From NCBI GenBank assembly GCA_963708135.1, contig OY970192.1, forward strand, positions 5,344,001-5,408,000: a stretch of DNA of 64,000 bases, written 5' to 3'. Source of the stretch: an uncultured Gemmatimonadales bacterium (GTDB lineage Bacteria; Gemmatimonadota; Gemmatimonadetes; Longimicrobiales; RSA9). Position 1 is the first letter of the stretch. Every line of letters starts with the position of its first letter. Made by a program: the position numbers and the translations under genes. Below, one piece after another: positions 40,168 through 50,674 of the stretch. The notes below the pieces were generated by a model. The model did no database searches, was not told the DNA's origin, and saw nothing but the letters and a program-made list of their open reading frames with translations.

Positions 40168-42417
40168 CTACCGGTCCGCCGCCTTCTCCCGCGCCGCCTT
40201 CTCGAAGTGACTGCCGAACCAGTCGAAGATCCGCTGCCAGTGGTCCCTGAAATCCTCCACGGTCCCGTTGCGCCCGGCGCCGTGTCCGGCGTGCTCGTAC
40301 TGCACCCACACGGCTTCCTTCCCGAGGCGTCGCAGCGCGTAGTACATCTCCCGCTCGTTGGTGTCGGGCACGTTCCAGTCGGCCTTGCCGGTGAGCATCA
40401 GCAGCGGCGTGTGGATGCGGTCGGCGAACACGACCGCCGAATGCTGGATGTATTTCAGCGGCGCCTGCCACAGTGTGGCGCCGATCCGGTCCTGCCCGTG
40501 CTCGGCGGCGTAGTAGTTCCGCGTGCCGATCTTGGGGCTGTCCCCGAGGAAGGAGATGATGTCGACCTTGCCGGAGATGTTCACGGCGGCGGCGAAGCGG
40601 TCGGTCTGGGTGATGAGCAGGTTGGTGGCGTAGCCGCCGTAGCTGGTGCCCTCGACGCCGAGCTTCGTGCCGTCCACCAGCCCTCGCTGCTCGAGGCTGT
40701 TGATGCCATCGGTGACGCCCTTCACCCACGCCTCGCCGGGGTAGCCGATGTGCAGCTTGACGGATGGCCGAAACATGAACCAGCCCTGCGCCGCGAGCAG
40801 GTTCATGTTCTCGTTGAAGCCGTTGTCGAAGAAGGTCTCGTAGATCTCCGCCACCAGCGGGTACTTCTCTCCGGGCCGGTAATCGTATGGATAGTAGAGC
40901 ACGCCATGGAGCTTCTTGCCGTCGACATCGAGATAGCTCACCAACTCGGAGCGCGCGAGCGCCACGCCCTCGAGCTGTGGGTTCAGCTCCGTGAGGGAGT
41001 GCGCAGCGGCGAAGTCGCGGCCGGCGGTCCAGATCTCATCGGGACGATTGCCGTCGGAGCGCTCGAACACGAAGCGCGAGCCGTCGTCGGATACGTGCCA
41101 GGAGCCGTACAGCCCGGTATCCTGCACGAGCTCGGTCGCCTTCCGCGTGCCGAGGTCGTAGCGCTCGAGACCGCGCGCCCAGCGGTCTCGAGCGGAGGTG
41201 GAGAGGAAGAGGTAGCGCCCGTCGCGGCTCCACCGCTCGAAGCTCCGCCGGGGCCGCGTCGCGGTGTCGGGGCTCATGGGATAGACCAGCGCCAGGGAGT
41301 CGCTGCGGACGTCCAGCAGGTGGTAGCCGTCCTGGGCGCTCACCAGCAGCGCCCGGCCGTCGGGACGCCAGGCGACGACCGAGTAGGCGAGCTTCATCGT
41401 GTCCGTTCCGGAGAGGGGCGTTCGGTAGCGCTGCGTCAGGTTACGCGCGCTGTCGGCGTCCACGAAACGCACGAAAACGTTTCCCTTGTCGGCGTATGCG
41501 AACGCGCTGGCGCCCTCGTTCCAATCCGGCGTCAGCCGGTGCTCGGCGGGTCTGACCAGCGTATCAGGCATGCTGCCCGGCGTCAGCCGGAGGCGGAAGA
41601 CCCCGTACTCGGTCCCCGACTTCCGGTCGTACGACGTCCGCCTGGGCACGGCGGTGGAATAGGCGAGGTAGGAGCCGTCGGCGGAGAAGTGGGGGTCGCG
41701 GATCGGGGTTTCGGGAAGGATCTCACGCACGGCGCCGTCCGCAACGCTCACGAGGGCGGGGATCGAGCGGTCCCCGAGGTTCCGCACGCTGTCCCAGGCG
41801 AGGAAGGGCTGCCGGGCGTCGTGCACGACGATCTCGCCCCGGGACAGGTGCAGGAAGGCCTGCCGGGCGCCGCCGGCCCAACCGTCCGGGCGCAACGCGA
41901 GGAGCAACGAGCCGCCGTCCGGCGCCCACGCCAGGGGCGAGTTGGAGGCGATCTGCTTGCTCGTGCGCAAGCGGATGCGCCGCGTACGGTCCGCGCCGAC
42001 GTCGTGCACGTCGAGCGCCCAGCCGTCGCCCGTCCTGAGGAGGAAGGCGAGCCTGGCGCCGTCCTTCGAGAACGTGATGCCCCGTACCTGCACCTTGCCG
42101 GGGAAGATCTGCCGACTCCGTCCGGTGCTCGCGTCGAGCAGCTGGAATTCCACGGGCGACGGCGCCACGTACGTCGGGTCGCCGAAGCGGGCGTTGTCGA
42201 TGCCCAGCCGGTCCCGGCGGAGCTGCACGGTCAGCGCCACCCAGCGTCCGTCGCGGGAAACGTCGGCGATGCGGCCGGAGCGGACCGCGAGGGCATCCTC
42301 AATGGTGAAGCGGCGGCCGGATTGCTGGGCGAGGGCGGGCGAGCGGATCAGCGCGAGAGCGAAGATCGCGCGGGCGAGTGGGCGCAGGAGGGTGGAACGC
42401 GACCGTGGGCGGGACAT
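40168..42417 (-). CDS. S9 family (prolyl oligopeptidase-like) peptidase, exported
   Basis: Signal peptide; beta-propeller repeats; GTSYGG, DWNVP, AGHG. Confidence 0.9.
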   Translation of the reverse strand: MSRPRSRSTLLRPLARAIFALALIRSPALAQQSGRRFTIEDALAVRSGRIADVSRDGRWVALTVQLRRDRLGIDNARFGDPTYVAPSPVEFQLLDASTGRSRQIFPGKVQVRGITFSKDGARLAFLLRTGDGWALDVHDVGADRTRRIRLRTSKQIASNSPLAWAPDGGSLLLALRPDGWAGGARQAFLHLSRGEIVVHDARQPFLAWDSVRNLGDRSIPALVSVADGAVREILPETPIRDPHFSADGSYLAYSTAVPRRTSYDRKSGTEYGVFRLRLTPGSMPDTLVRPAEHRLTPDWNEGASAFAYADKGNVFVRFVDADSARNLTQRYRTPLSGTDTMKLAYSVVAWRPDGRALLVSAQDGYHLLDVRSDSLALVYPMSPDTATRPRRSFERWSRDGRYLFLSTSARDRWARGLERYDLGTRKATELVQDTGLYGSWHVSDDGSRFVFERSDGNRPDEIWTAGRDFAAAHSLTELNPQLEGVALARSELVSYLDVDGKKLHGVLYYPYDYRPGEKYPLVAEIYETFFDNGFNENMNLLAAQGWFMFRPSVKLHIGYPGEAWVKGVTDGINSLEQRGLVDGTKLGVEGTSYGGYATNLLITQTDRFAAAVNISGKVDIISFLGDSPKIGTRNYYAAEHGQDRIGATLWQAPLKYIQHSAVVFADRIHTPLLMLTGKADWNVPDTNEREMYYALRRLGKEAVWVQYEHAGHGAGRNGTVEDFRDHWQRIFDWFGSHFEKAAREKAADR

Positions 42418-42525
42418 GACGCGGCTCCGTGTGCGGTGGACCGTTCGGGGACCGCACGGAGGATGCGGGGCGACGAGGTGGCCGGCAAGCCGCCACACCT
42501 CGCCGGCCTCGCGTTGGCGGGTGCG

Positions 42526-44181
42526 CTAGCGCCTCTCGAACACCACCTTTCCGCCGACAATGGTTGCCATGACGCGGGCACTGGCGAGCGAGTCGGGCGG
42601 CATGGTAAAGAGATCGCGGTCGAGCACGTCGATATCGGCGAGCATGCCGGGAGCCAGGGTACCGCGCTTCTTCTCGGCGAAGACGGCGAAGGCGTTGCCC
42701 CAGGTGTAGGCCCGCAGGGCCTGGCCCACGGAGATCTTCTGCTCGGGAAGCCAGCCATCGGGGTTCTTCCCATCCAGCGTGCGGCGGGTGACCGCGGCGT
42801 AGACGCCGAGGATCGGATCCAGCGGCGCCACGGGCCAGTCAGAGCCGAAGGCCAGGACGGCGCTATCCTCGAGCAGTGAACGAAAGACGTAGCTGTCGTG
42901 CATCCGTTCGGGTCCGAGGCGCCCCTCGAGCCAGCGGCCGTCGTCGATGGCGTGATACGGCTGCATGGATGCGATGACGCCGAGCTCGTGGAACCTCGGC
43001 ACATCCTGCGCGCGCAGGTGCTGCGCGTGCTCCATCCGAAACCGTCGGTCGCGCGGGCCGTGCGCTTTCGCCACGGAGTCGTACATCGCGAGGAGCATGG
43101 CGTTCGCCGAGTCGCCTATGGAATGGATGGCGAGCTGGAGCCCGGCCGAATCGGCCGCGCCGATCCAGCTCGCCATGTCCGCGGGGTCATGCTGCAACAG
43201 CCCGCGATAGCCCGCCGAGTCGGTGTAGGGTTGTGCCATGAACGCGGTGCGCGAGCCCGCCGACCCATCCATGAAGCGCTTCATCCCGCCAACGCGCACC
43301 CAGTCATCACCCGGGCCGTCGGCGCGCAGCGTGTCCGCCGTAGCGCGCCAGTCCTCCAGGATGTAGAGCACCGCTCTGAGCGTGAGGCGCCCGGCCCGTT
43401 GCATCCGCCGGAAGCTGGCGAGATCGGCCAACGTCGCGCTCATGTACGCGACGCCCGTAAGCCCAAGCGAGTCGGCGTGCGCGAGGCCGCGTGCCAGGGC
43501 GGTGTCCATCTGGGCCGGCGTCGGGGCGGGGATCGCGTGGCCCACCAGGTCGAGCGCCGCATCCTTGAAGATGCCGGTCGGCTCGCCCGTCCTGGCGTCG
43601 TGCAGGACCTGCCCGCCGAAGGGTGTGGGCGTCCGTGCGGTGATGCCGGCCTCCTTCATGGCCAGCGCATTGGCCAGCGCCTCGTGTCCGTCGAGGCGCT
43701 CGATGAAGACGGGATTGTCCGGGGTGACCGAATCGATCCATTCGTGGCGGGGGAGCGTCTGCCCCGGCCAGCGTGTGTGGTCCCACTCGCCGCCGGTGAT
43801 CCATTCACCGGGCTTCAGGCGCCGCGCGTATTCGGCGATCCGCCGGACGAACTCCTGTGGCGTATCGGCGTCCCGCAGCTGCACGGAGGCGAGGCCGAAG
43901 CTGGCGTCGATGAAGTGCGTGTGACCGTCGTTGAAGCCGGGCATCACGAGTCCGTCGTGCGCGTCGATCACGCGCGTCCGCGGGCCAATGTAGCGGGCGG
44001 CGGTGGCGGAGTCGCCGACGGCCAGGATGGAGTCGCCACGAATGGCCACGACCCCGGGCTCGGCCGGACCGGTGGATGCGCCGGTCCATACCATGCCGTG
44101 CGTGATGACGAGGTCGGCGGGCGCCGAGGGTGCGCACGCGACGAGGGTGATCAGCAGGGCCAGCGGGCTCGCTCGCTTCAT
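42526..44181 (-). CDS. Amidohydrolase_3 (YtcJ-like) lipoprotein
   Basis: PGFNDGHTH, DGSAGSRTA, HSIGD, RMEHAQ, FGSDWPV. Confidence 0.9.
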   Translation of the reverse strand: MKRASPLALLITLVACAPSAPADLVITHGMVWTGASTGPAEPGVVAIRGDSILAVGDSATAARYIGPRTRVIDAHDGLVMPGFNDGHTHFIDASFGLASVQLRDADTPQEFVRRIAEYARRLKPGEWITGGEWDHTRWPGQTLPRHEWIDSVTPDNPVFIERLDGHEALANALAMKEAGITARTPTPFGGQVLHDARTGEPTGIFKDAALDLVGHAIPAPTPAQMDTALARGLAHADSLGLTGVAYMSATLADLASFRRMQRAGRLTLRAVLYILEDWRATADTLRADGPGDDWVRVGGMKRFMDGSAGSRTAFMAQPYTDSAGYRGLLQHDPADMASWIGAADSAGLQLAIHSIGDSANAMLLAMYDSVAKAHGPRDRRFRMEHAQHLRAQDVPRFHELGVIASMQPYHAIDDGRWLEGRLGPERMHDSYVFRSLLEDSAVLAFGSDWPVAPLDPILGVYAAVTRRTLDGKNPDGWLPEQKISVGQALRAYTWGNAFAVFAEKKRGTLAPGMLADIDVLDRDLFTMPPDSLASARVMATIVGGKVVFERR

Positions 44182-44209
44182 CGCGTTGGATCCTCCGTCG
44201 TGCGGCGCA

Positions 44210-46711
44210 TCACACGACCAGGTTGATCAGTCTGTCGGGTACGAAGATGGTCTTCCGGATCGCGCCGCCGTCGATGTAGCGGCGGACGTTGTCGTCGGCG
44301 AGGGCGGCGGAGCGGGCGTCATCCTCGGCCACGCCGCGCGGCATGGGCATGCGCGCGCGCACCTTGCCGTTGACCTGCACGACGAACTCGACCTCGTCGG
44401 TGGTGGCCTTGGCGGGGTCGTAGCTCGGCCAGCGCGCGGTCTCGAAGAGGGAGCCCTCGTGCCCGAGCCGCTCCCACAGCTCCTCGGCCAGGTGCGGCGC
44501 GAACGGCGCGATGAGGAGCGGCAGCGGCTCGACTTCCTCGCGGTTCACCCGGCGGCCCTCCTCCCGCACCGCGTTCAGGTACTCCATCATCGCCGCGATG
44601 GCCGTGTTGTAGCGGAGCGCGGCGATGTCCTCGGTCACCTTGCGGATGGTGGCGTGCAGCTTCTGCTCGAGGGGTCCCGCGAGCCGCTCCGAGCCGAGCG
44701 CCTCGACGGGGACGATGCTGTCCCAGAGGCGGCCGAGGAATCCGGCCGGGCCCTGGAGACCCTGGTCGCGGAAGTCGCCGCCCTCCTGGTACGGCCCGAG
44801 GAACATGAGGTAGGTGCGGAAGGCGTCCGCGCCCCAGCGCTCGATGTACTCGTCCGGCACCACGACATTGCCGCGGCTCTTCGACATCTTCGCACCATCC
44901 TTGATGATCAGCCCGTGCTTGCGGAAGGTGGCGTACGGCTCCTCGAACGTGAGGTGGCCGAGGTCGTGGAGCACCATGGTGGTGAAGCGGCTGTAGAGCA
45001 GGTGCAGCACCGAGTGCTCCTCGCCGCCGATGTAGCTGGCCACGGGGAGCCATTTCTCCGTGAGCTCGGGATCGAACGGCACGTCCTCGCGGTTGGCGGA
45101 CGGGTAGCGCAGGAAATACCAGGCGCTGTCGAGGAACGTGTCGCTCACGTCGGTCTCGCGCCGGGCCTCCGCGCCGCAGCGCGGGCACGGCACGCGGTAC
45201 CATTCCTCCACGCGGGCCAGCGGTGAGACGCCGCTCTCGTCGGGCTTGTAGTTCTCGACGTACGGCAGCACGACCGGCAGATCGGGCACGGGCACGGGCA
45301 CGGTGCCGCAGGCATCGCAGTAGATGATCGGGATCGGCGGCCCCCAGTAGCGCTGGCGCGAGATGCACCAGTCGTGGAGGCGGTAGTTCACGCGGGCCTC
45401 GCCCAGGCCGCGCTCCTCGAGCCACTCGGTGATGGCCCGCCGGCCCTCCTCCCACGGCAGCCCCGAGAACTGGCCGGAGTCGGTCAGCACGCCATCGCCG
45501 GTGTAGGCTTCGCGCAGCTCCGCGAATGGCACCGCCTCGCCCTCCCCGTCCACGGGGGCGATCACGGGGCGGATCGGCAGCCCGTACTTGCGGGCGAACT
45601 CGAAGTCGCGCTCGTCGTGGGCGGGCACGGCCATGATGGCGCCGGTGCCGTACTCCATGAGCACGTAATCGGCGACCCAGACGGGGATGTCCTCGCCGGT
45701 GGCCGGGTTGACGCAGTAGCCGCCGGTGAAGACGCCGGTCTTCTCCTTCTCGGCCTTCCTGCGCGAGACGAGGTCCATGGCGGCCGCCTGCCGGCGGTAC
45801 TCCTCGACGACGGGGCGCTGCTCCTGGGATATGAAGCGCTCGAGGAGCGGGTGCTCGGGCGCGAGCACCATGAAAGTGGCGCCGAAGAGCGTGTCGGGCC
45901 GGGTCGTGAAGACGGCGACGAGAGGCGGCTCACCGTGCAGCTGCGCACTTTCGTGGCGGTCCTCGGCCACCTTGCGGCGGGCGATGGGGAAGCGGACCTC
46001 GGCGCCCTCGCTGCGGCCGATCCAGTTCTCCTGCGCCTTCCTGGTGGTCTCGGACCAGTCGATCCAGGAGAGGTTCTCGAGCAGCCGCTTCGCGTATTTC
46101 GTGATGCGGAAGAACCACTGCGCGAGGAAGCGCTGCTCGACGGGGGTGCCGCAACGCTCGCACGCGCCGGCGATCACCTGCTCGTTGGCGAGGACGGTGT
46201 GGCAGGAGGGGCACCAGTTGACGGGCGCCTCCTGCTTCTCGGCGAGCCCCGCCTCGTAGAGCTGGAGGAAGAGCCACTGGGTCCACTTGTAGTAGCGCGT
46301 ATCGGTGGTGTCGACCGTGTGGTTCCAGTCGTACATCGCGCCGATGCGCCTGAGCTGCCGCGTGAAGTTGCGGATGTTGCGGGGAATCAGCTCCATCGGG
46401 TGGGTGCCGATCCTGAGGGCGTAGTTCTCCGAGTGGATGCCGAAGGCGTCGAAGCCGATCGGCTCGAAGACGGTCTTCCCCCGCAGCCGCTGGTAGCGGC
46501 CGTAGATGTCGGCGCCCGTGAAGGCGTAGATGTTCCCGACGTGCAGCCCCTCGGCGGAGGGGTAGGGGAACATCATCAGGTTGTAGAAGGGATCGGCCGC
46601 GTCGCGGAGCTGCTCATCCGTGAAGGTATTGGTGCCGCGCTCCGCCCACCGCCGCTGCCACTTCTCCTCGATGCCCGTCGGGTCGTAGTCGGTCCCGCTG
46701 GTGTCGCTCAT
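44210..46711 (-). CDS. leuS: Leucine--tRNA ligase
   Basis: MFPYPSAEGLHVGN, FTTRPDTLFG, DWCISRQRYWG, KMSKS. Confidence 0.97.
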   Translation of the reverse strand: MSDTSGTDYDPTGIEEKWQRRWAERGTNTFTDEQLRDAADPFYNLMMFPYPSAEGLHVGNIYAFTGADIYGRYQRLRGKTVFEPIGFDAFGIHSENYALRIGTHPMELIPRNIRNFTRQLRRIGAMYDWNHTVDTTDTRYYKWTQWLFLQLYEAGLAEKQEAPVNWCPSCHTVLANEQVIAGACERCGTPVEQRFLAQWFFRITKYAKRLLENLSWIDWSETTRKAQENWIGRSEGAEVRFPIARRKVAEDRHESAQLHGEPPLVAVFTTRPDTLFGATFMVLAPEHPLLERFISQEQRPVVEEYRRQAAAMDLVSRRKAEKEKTGVFTGGYCVNPATGEDIPVWVADYVLMEYGTGAIMAVPAHDERDFEFARKYGLPIRPVIAPVDGEGEAVPFAELREAYTGDGVLTDSGQFSGLPWEEGRRAITEWLEERGLGEARVNYRLHDWCISRQRYWGPPIPIIYCDACGTVPVPVPDLPVVLPYVENYKPDESGVSPLARVEEWYRVPCPRCGAEARRETDVSDTFLDSAWYFLRYPSANREDVPFDPELTEKWLPVASYIGGEEHSVLHLLYSRFTTMVLHDLGHLTFEEPYATFRKHGLIIKDGAKMSKSRGNVVVPDEYIERWGADAFRTYLMFLGPYQEGGDFRDQGLQGPAGFLGRLWDSIVPVEALGSERLAGPLEQKLHATIRKVTEDIAALRYNTAIAAMMEYLNAVREEGRRVNREEVEPLPLLIAPFAPHLAEELWERLGHEGSLFETARWPSYDPAKATTDEVEFVVQVNGKVRARMPMPRGVAEDDARSAALADDNVRRYIDGGAIRKTIFVPDRLINLVV

Positions 46712-46771
46712 CTGCCGTCCGTCGTTCCGGTCGTGGGGAACCGAAAAATATAGCGGGCGGCGGAAGCCCGA

Positions 46772-49288
46772 TCAATCGACGCGGTCGGCGAAGGTGCGCT
46801 CCAGGACGGCGGGCACGGGCGGGTTGGCGAGGCCGAGGACGAGGAGGTCCTGCTGCCTCAGCTCGTAGAGCGTGGCGGGGGTCACGGCGCGGATCGTGGC
46901 CTTGCGGCGGCCGGCGGCGAGCACGGCGGTCTCGCCGAAGAAGTCGCCGGCGACGAGGGTCGCGACGGCCTCGTCGCCGCCGCCGTCACCGTGGCGGAGC
47001 ACGCGCGCGACGCCGCGGGCGAGGAGGAAGAGCGAGTCCGCGGGGGCGTCCTCGGCCACGATGACCTCGTCGGCGCCGAAGGCACGGGGGCGGAGCAGCT
47101 CGGCGATGCGGGCGAGCTCGGTTTCGGGCAGCCCGCCAAAGAGCGGGACGCGGTGGAGCAGCTCGACGGGCGTGGCGTCGAGGGCGTCGATCGACCCGGC
47201 CGGACCGGTGTCGCGGCGGCGCTCGACGCCGTTCCGGAGGGCACGCGCCTGCCCCTGCGGCAGGACCTCGAGGGCCTCGAGCTCATCGAGCACCTGCTCC
47301 TCGGCGCGCAGGCAGAAGCGGTTGGCCAGGAGCTGCTGCGAGCGCGAGGCGTACTCGGGGAATCGGTCGGCAATGCGGTCGAGCGACTGGCGGCCGTTGC
47401 TGTTCCAGAGCTGGAAGAGCGCGCGCACCTGGAGCAGCCCATCGGCGGATCCCTCCTCCAGCGCGGCGGCGTCGATGGCGCCGAGCACGCGGTCGCTGGC
47501 GACGACGCGGGCGCGGAAGGTCTCGTAGAGCTCGGCGATGCGCTGGAGCCGCCTGCGGCGGAGCGCGGCGCTTTCGGGGACGACGCGGTCGAGCAGGTCG
47601 AGGAAGGCGGTCTCGGCGCGGCCGCGGCGGGGCGAGAGAGCGCTCCAGGCGGGGAGCCCGGCGGGGGAACGCAGGGCATCGACCTGCACGTTGACGGAAT
47701 GCTGGAGATCGCGGGCCACCCGCTCCGATACCTGACCGTTCTGGAAGAGGTCGAGGTAGACCTGCTTCTCGAGGAGGAGGAAGCGCCGCTTGAGCAGCGT
47801 GAGCTCCTCCTCGCGCTCGAGCAGGCCGCGCTCGCGGAGGCTCTCGAGCCGCTCGCGGGCCGCGGCCTCCTCGCGGGCGTACTCCTCGTCGAGGCGGCCG
47901 ATCAGGCGGTCCCCGACCATGCCGCCATGGCGGAGCTGGGGGAGGCGCTCGCGCGCGCGCTGCTTGGCGGCGAGCAGGCTGGTGTCGCGCACGTACTGGT
48001 CGGAGGGGTTGGCGCGGCCGAGGCCGAGCGCGCGGGCGAGCATTCCGAGGGTCGGCGCCTGGACGATGGCTCCGATGAGGGCGGTGCCGACGACGAGACC
48101 GAGGAGGATCTCGCGATAGGCGAAGTCCACGGGCAGGGCGAGCACGAGCAGCAGCGCGACGGGCCCGTCCATGGTGCCCCACGCCAGCAGTGCCTGGTGG
48201 CGGAGCTCGGCCGGATTGCCGCCGAAGAAGCGCTCGTGCAGGTGGAAGAGGCCGAAGACGGTGGCGGCGCGGGCGAGGAGCCAGAGGCCGGCGGCGGCGG
48301 CGATGGTGCCGAGCAGCGGCGGCAGCGCCCCGTCGGGCAGGAGGAGCCCTACGCCGACGAGGACGACCGCCTCGACCGCGATGGCGAGGAAGGTCCAGAA
48401 CTCGCTGACGGCGTGCAGCGTGGCCGGCTCGAAGCGGGCGCGGCCGGCGCCGCCCAGCGCGAGGCCGGCGCCGGCGGCGGCGACGACGCCGTTGACGTCG
48501 AGGAGCAGGGAGGCGACGACCGCGCTGTACGCCGCGGCGGCGGTGAGCAGCACGGCGAGGGCGCGCTCCCGTTCGAGGCGGTGGACGAGGCGGCCGAACA
48601 GCCACCCGATGAGCATGCCGGCGATCAGGGCGCCGGCGAGGCTGACGATGAGGGCGCCCGCGTCCCCGAGCAGCAGCCGCTCGAGCGCGGGGCCGTTGGC
48701 CCCGCCGGCGAGCGCATCCGCGGCGGGCGTGGGCCGGCCGGCGCCGCGCAGCCCCGCGAGCAGTACGGCGGCGAGCACCACCGTCGTCGCCTGGCGGAAC
48801 AGCTCCTCGCCGCGCGCGACGGTCATGACCCGGCGCGGGACGCCGAGGTCGCGGAAGAGCGTGTGCACCTCGGGCGTCCCGGCGGCGGCGAGAAGGGCGG
48901 CGGCGAGGAGCGCGACGGGGAGCGGCAGTTCGGCGGCCCCGGCAAGGGGGAGGCCGACCGCCGGCACCGCGAGGAGCGCCCCGCCCAGGCCGACGGCCAG
49001 GACGGGGCGGATGTTGCGCGCGAGCAGCGGGGTGTCGATGGCGAACGCGGTGCGGAACAGGAGGACCGGCAGCAGGACGTCGAGCGCCAGCTCGGGCGCG
49101 ATGTGGAACGCGGCCACGGCGGAGAGGACGCCGAATCGGTGCGCGACGGCGCCGAGCCCGAGTCCGCCCAGCAGCAGGGCGGCGGGGAGAAGGGGACGGG
49201 AGCGGCGCACGGCGATGTAGGCGACGGTCACCGTGGCCAGGAGCACCACGAGTGGCAGCAACGCGGTCAGCGCGGGGCGATCAGGCAT
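46772..49288 (-). CDS. CPA1/NhaP-like cation:proton antiporter with a C-terminal cNMP-binding domain
   Basis: Multiple TM helices (LLPVLLF, EFWTFLA, LLLVLALP), helical linker, then VPLF..GDFFGETA..RKATIRA. Confidence 0.8.
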   Translation of the reverse strand: MPDRPALTALLPLVVLLATVTVAYIAVRRSRPLLPAALLLGGLGLGAVAHRFGVLSAVAAFHIAPELALDVLLPVLLFRTAFAIDTPLLARNIRPVLAVGLGGALLAVPAVGLPLAGAAELPLPVALLAAALLAAAGTPEVHTLFRDLGVPRRVMTVARGEELFRQATTVVLAAVLLAGLRGAGRPTPAADALAGGANGPALERLLLGDAGALIVSLAGALIAGMLIGWLFGRLVHRLERERALAVLLTAAAAYSAVVASLLLDVNGVVAAAGAGLALGGAGRARFEPATLHAVSEFWTFLAIAVEAVVLVGVGLLLPDGALPPLLGTIAAAAGLWLLARAATVFGLFHLHERFFGGNPAELRHQALLAWGTMDGPVALLLVLALPVDFAYREILLGLVVGTALIGAIVQAPTLGMLARALGLGRANPSDQYVRDTSLLAAKQRARERLPQLRHGGMVGDRLIGRLDEEYAREEAAARERLESLRERGLLEREEELTLLKRRFLLLEKQVYLDLFQNGQVSERVARDLQHSVNVQVDALRSPAGLPAWSALSPRRGRAETAFLDLLDRVVPESAALRRRRLQRIAELYETFRARVVASDRVLGAIDAAALEEGSADGLLQVRALFQLWNSNGRQSLDRIADRFPEYASRSQQLLANRFCLRAEEQVLDELEALEVLPQGQARALRNGVERRRDTGPAGSIDALDATPVELLHRVPLFGGLPETELARIAELLRPRAFGADEVIVAEDAPADSLFLLARGVARVLRHGDGGGDEAVATLVAGDFFGETAVLAAGRRKATIRAVTPATLYELRQQDLLVLGLANPPVPAVLERTFADRVD

Positions 49289-49391
49289 GGGATGTACCCG
49301 CGGGATGAGCGTGAACGTCGGCGGGCTTCGCTGTCCCGAAAGTAGGGCGGCGCCGCGCCGAGCGGAAGGATCGCGTGATGGGAGGGGCGCG

Positions 49392-50471
49392 TCAGCGCGG
49401 CGGCGGCGCGGGTGCCAGGGCCGCGACGGCGGCGAAGGGGTGGTCGTGGTCGGCGCCGGCGGCGGCGACGATGGCGCGGATGGTGGCGGGCAGATCGCGT
49501 CCCATGCGGTCGTAGGCGGCCTCGAAGACGTCCAGCCGGTCGTAGTAGAGCCGACGCGCGATGAGGCTGGCGTTGTTGAGCTCCATGCGCCGGCCGTAGC
49601 CGCGGTAGGTGGGGGTCACGAGCTGCGGCTCGATGTCCGTCGTCCAGCGGGAGCGGGCCTCGTCGAAGACGCGCTGGCGCCGGCGCAGTCGCTCGGCAGG
49701 CGGCGCGGCGGTGTCGGCGTAGACGGCCTCCAGGCGGTGCACGAGGCCCGTGAGGAAGCGGCCGAAGACGAGGTCGTCGTGCCAGTCGCCGCGGGCGCGG
49801 AGGCACGAGGCAGCGGCGTCGCCTTCGACCTGGCAGAAGTAGTCGATGGCGCCGCGCCCGCCCACGAAATTGGCCAGGCTCTCGTTGAAGGAGACGTGGC
49901 TGGGGACGAAGATCGTGTTGTGGGTGGTCTCGTGGATGACGGTGTTCACGAGGTCGATGTCGCCGTAGCGGAGCACGGTGGAGAGCAGCGGGTCGTTGAA
50001 CCAGCCGAGCGTGCTGAATGCGCTGGTCGGGCGGACGTAGGCGTCGTAGCCGCGCGCCTCGAGCTTGCGCGCCTGGGCGCGGGCCTCATCGAAGTCGAAG
50101 AACCCCTTGTAGGGAACGCGGCCGACGATCGGGAACCACCAGGTGATTTCGCGGAAGCTCAGCTTGGGCGCGGCGGAGAGCACGAGCATGAGCGTGTCGT
50201 GCTCGACCCGGGAGAAGGTGGTGAAGCTCTGGCCCACGCGCAGCCCGAGCACGTGATGGGCGAAGGCGCGCGCGTGGAGCACGAGCTCGAGCTTCTCGCG
50301 CGTGGCCGTGGGAGTGGCGGGATCGGCGACGACGCGCGGGATCGGCCGCCGCCGGCTGAGGATGCGCGCCTCGGCGAAGCCCGCGCGGATGACGTAGACG
50401 GGGGAGCAGGCGGCCAGCAGCGCGACGGCGAGGGCGAGGCCGAGGAGGCGGTGCAGGTGGCGTCTCTTCAT
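49392..50471 (-). CDS. Predicted zinc aminopeptidase lipoprotein (DUF2265-like)
   Basis: Lipobox LAAC; WWFPIVGRVPYKGFF, AFSTLGWFNDP, HETTH..FNESLA. Confidence 0.85.
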   Translation of the reverse strand: MKRRHLHRLLGLALAVALLAACSPVYVIRAGFAEARILSRRRPIPRVVADPATPTATREKLELVLHARAFAHHVLGLRVGQSFTTFSRVEHDTLMLVLSAAPKLSFREITWWFPIVGRVPYKGFFDFDEARAQARKLEARGYDAYVRPTSAFSTLGWFNDPLLSTVLRYGDIDLVNTVIHETTHNTIFVPSHVSFNESLANFVGGRGAIDYFCQVEGDAAASCLRARGDWHDDLVFGRFLTGLVHRLEAVYADTAAPPAERLRRRQRVFDEARSRWTTDIEPQLVTPTYRGYGRRMELNNASLIARRLYYDRLDVFEAAYDRMGRDLPATIRAIVAAAGADHDHPFAAVAALAPAPPPR

Positions 50472-50674
50472 GGCATCCGATCGGCCGGCGGCCCATCCGC
50501 CGGCCCCGGATTGTGCCGCGCGGCCGGGCGTCCGGCAAGGGAGCGGTGGCGGGCGGATGGCGGGACGCGGGTATGGTTTATGCCGCCCGGGAAGCGACTT
50601 ACCCGCCGTCGCCAGGGGCGGGGACGCTCCCGCACCCCCCGGGGTGCATTCGAACCGCGGCGAGAACGTCCCGC

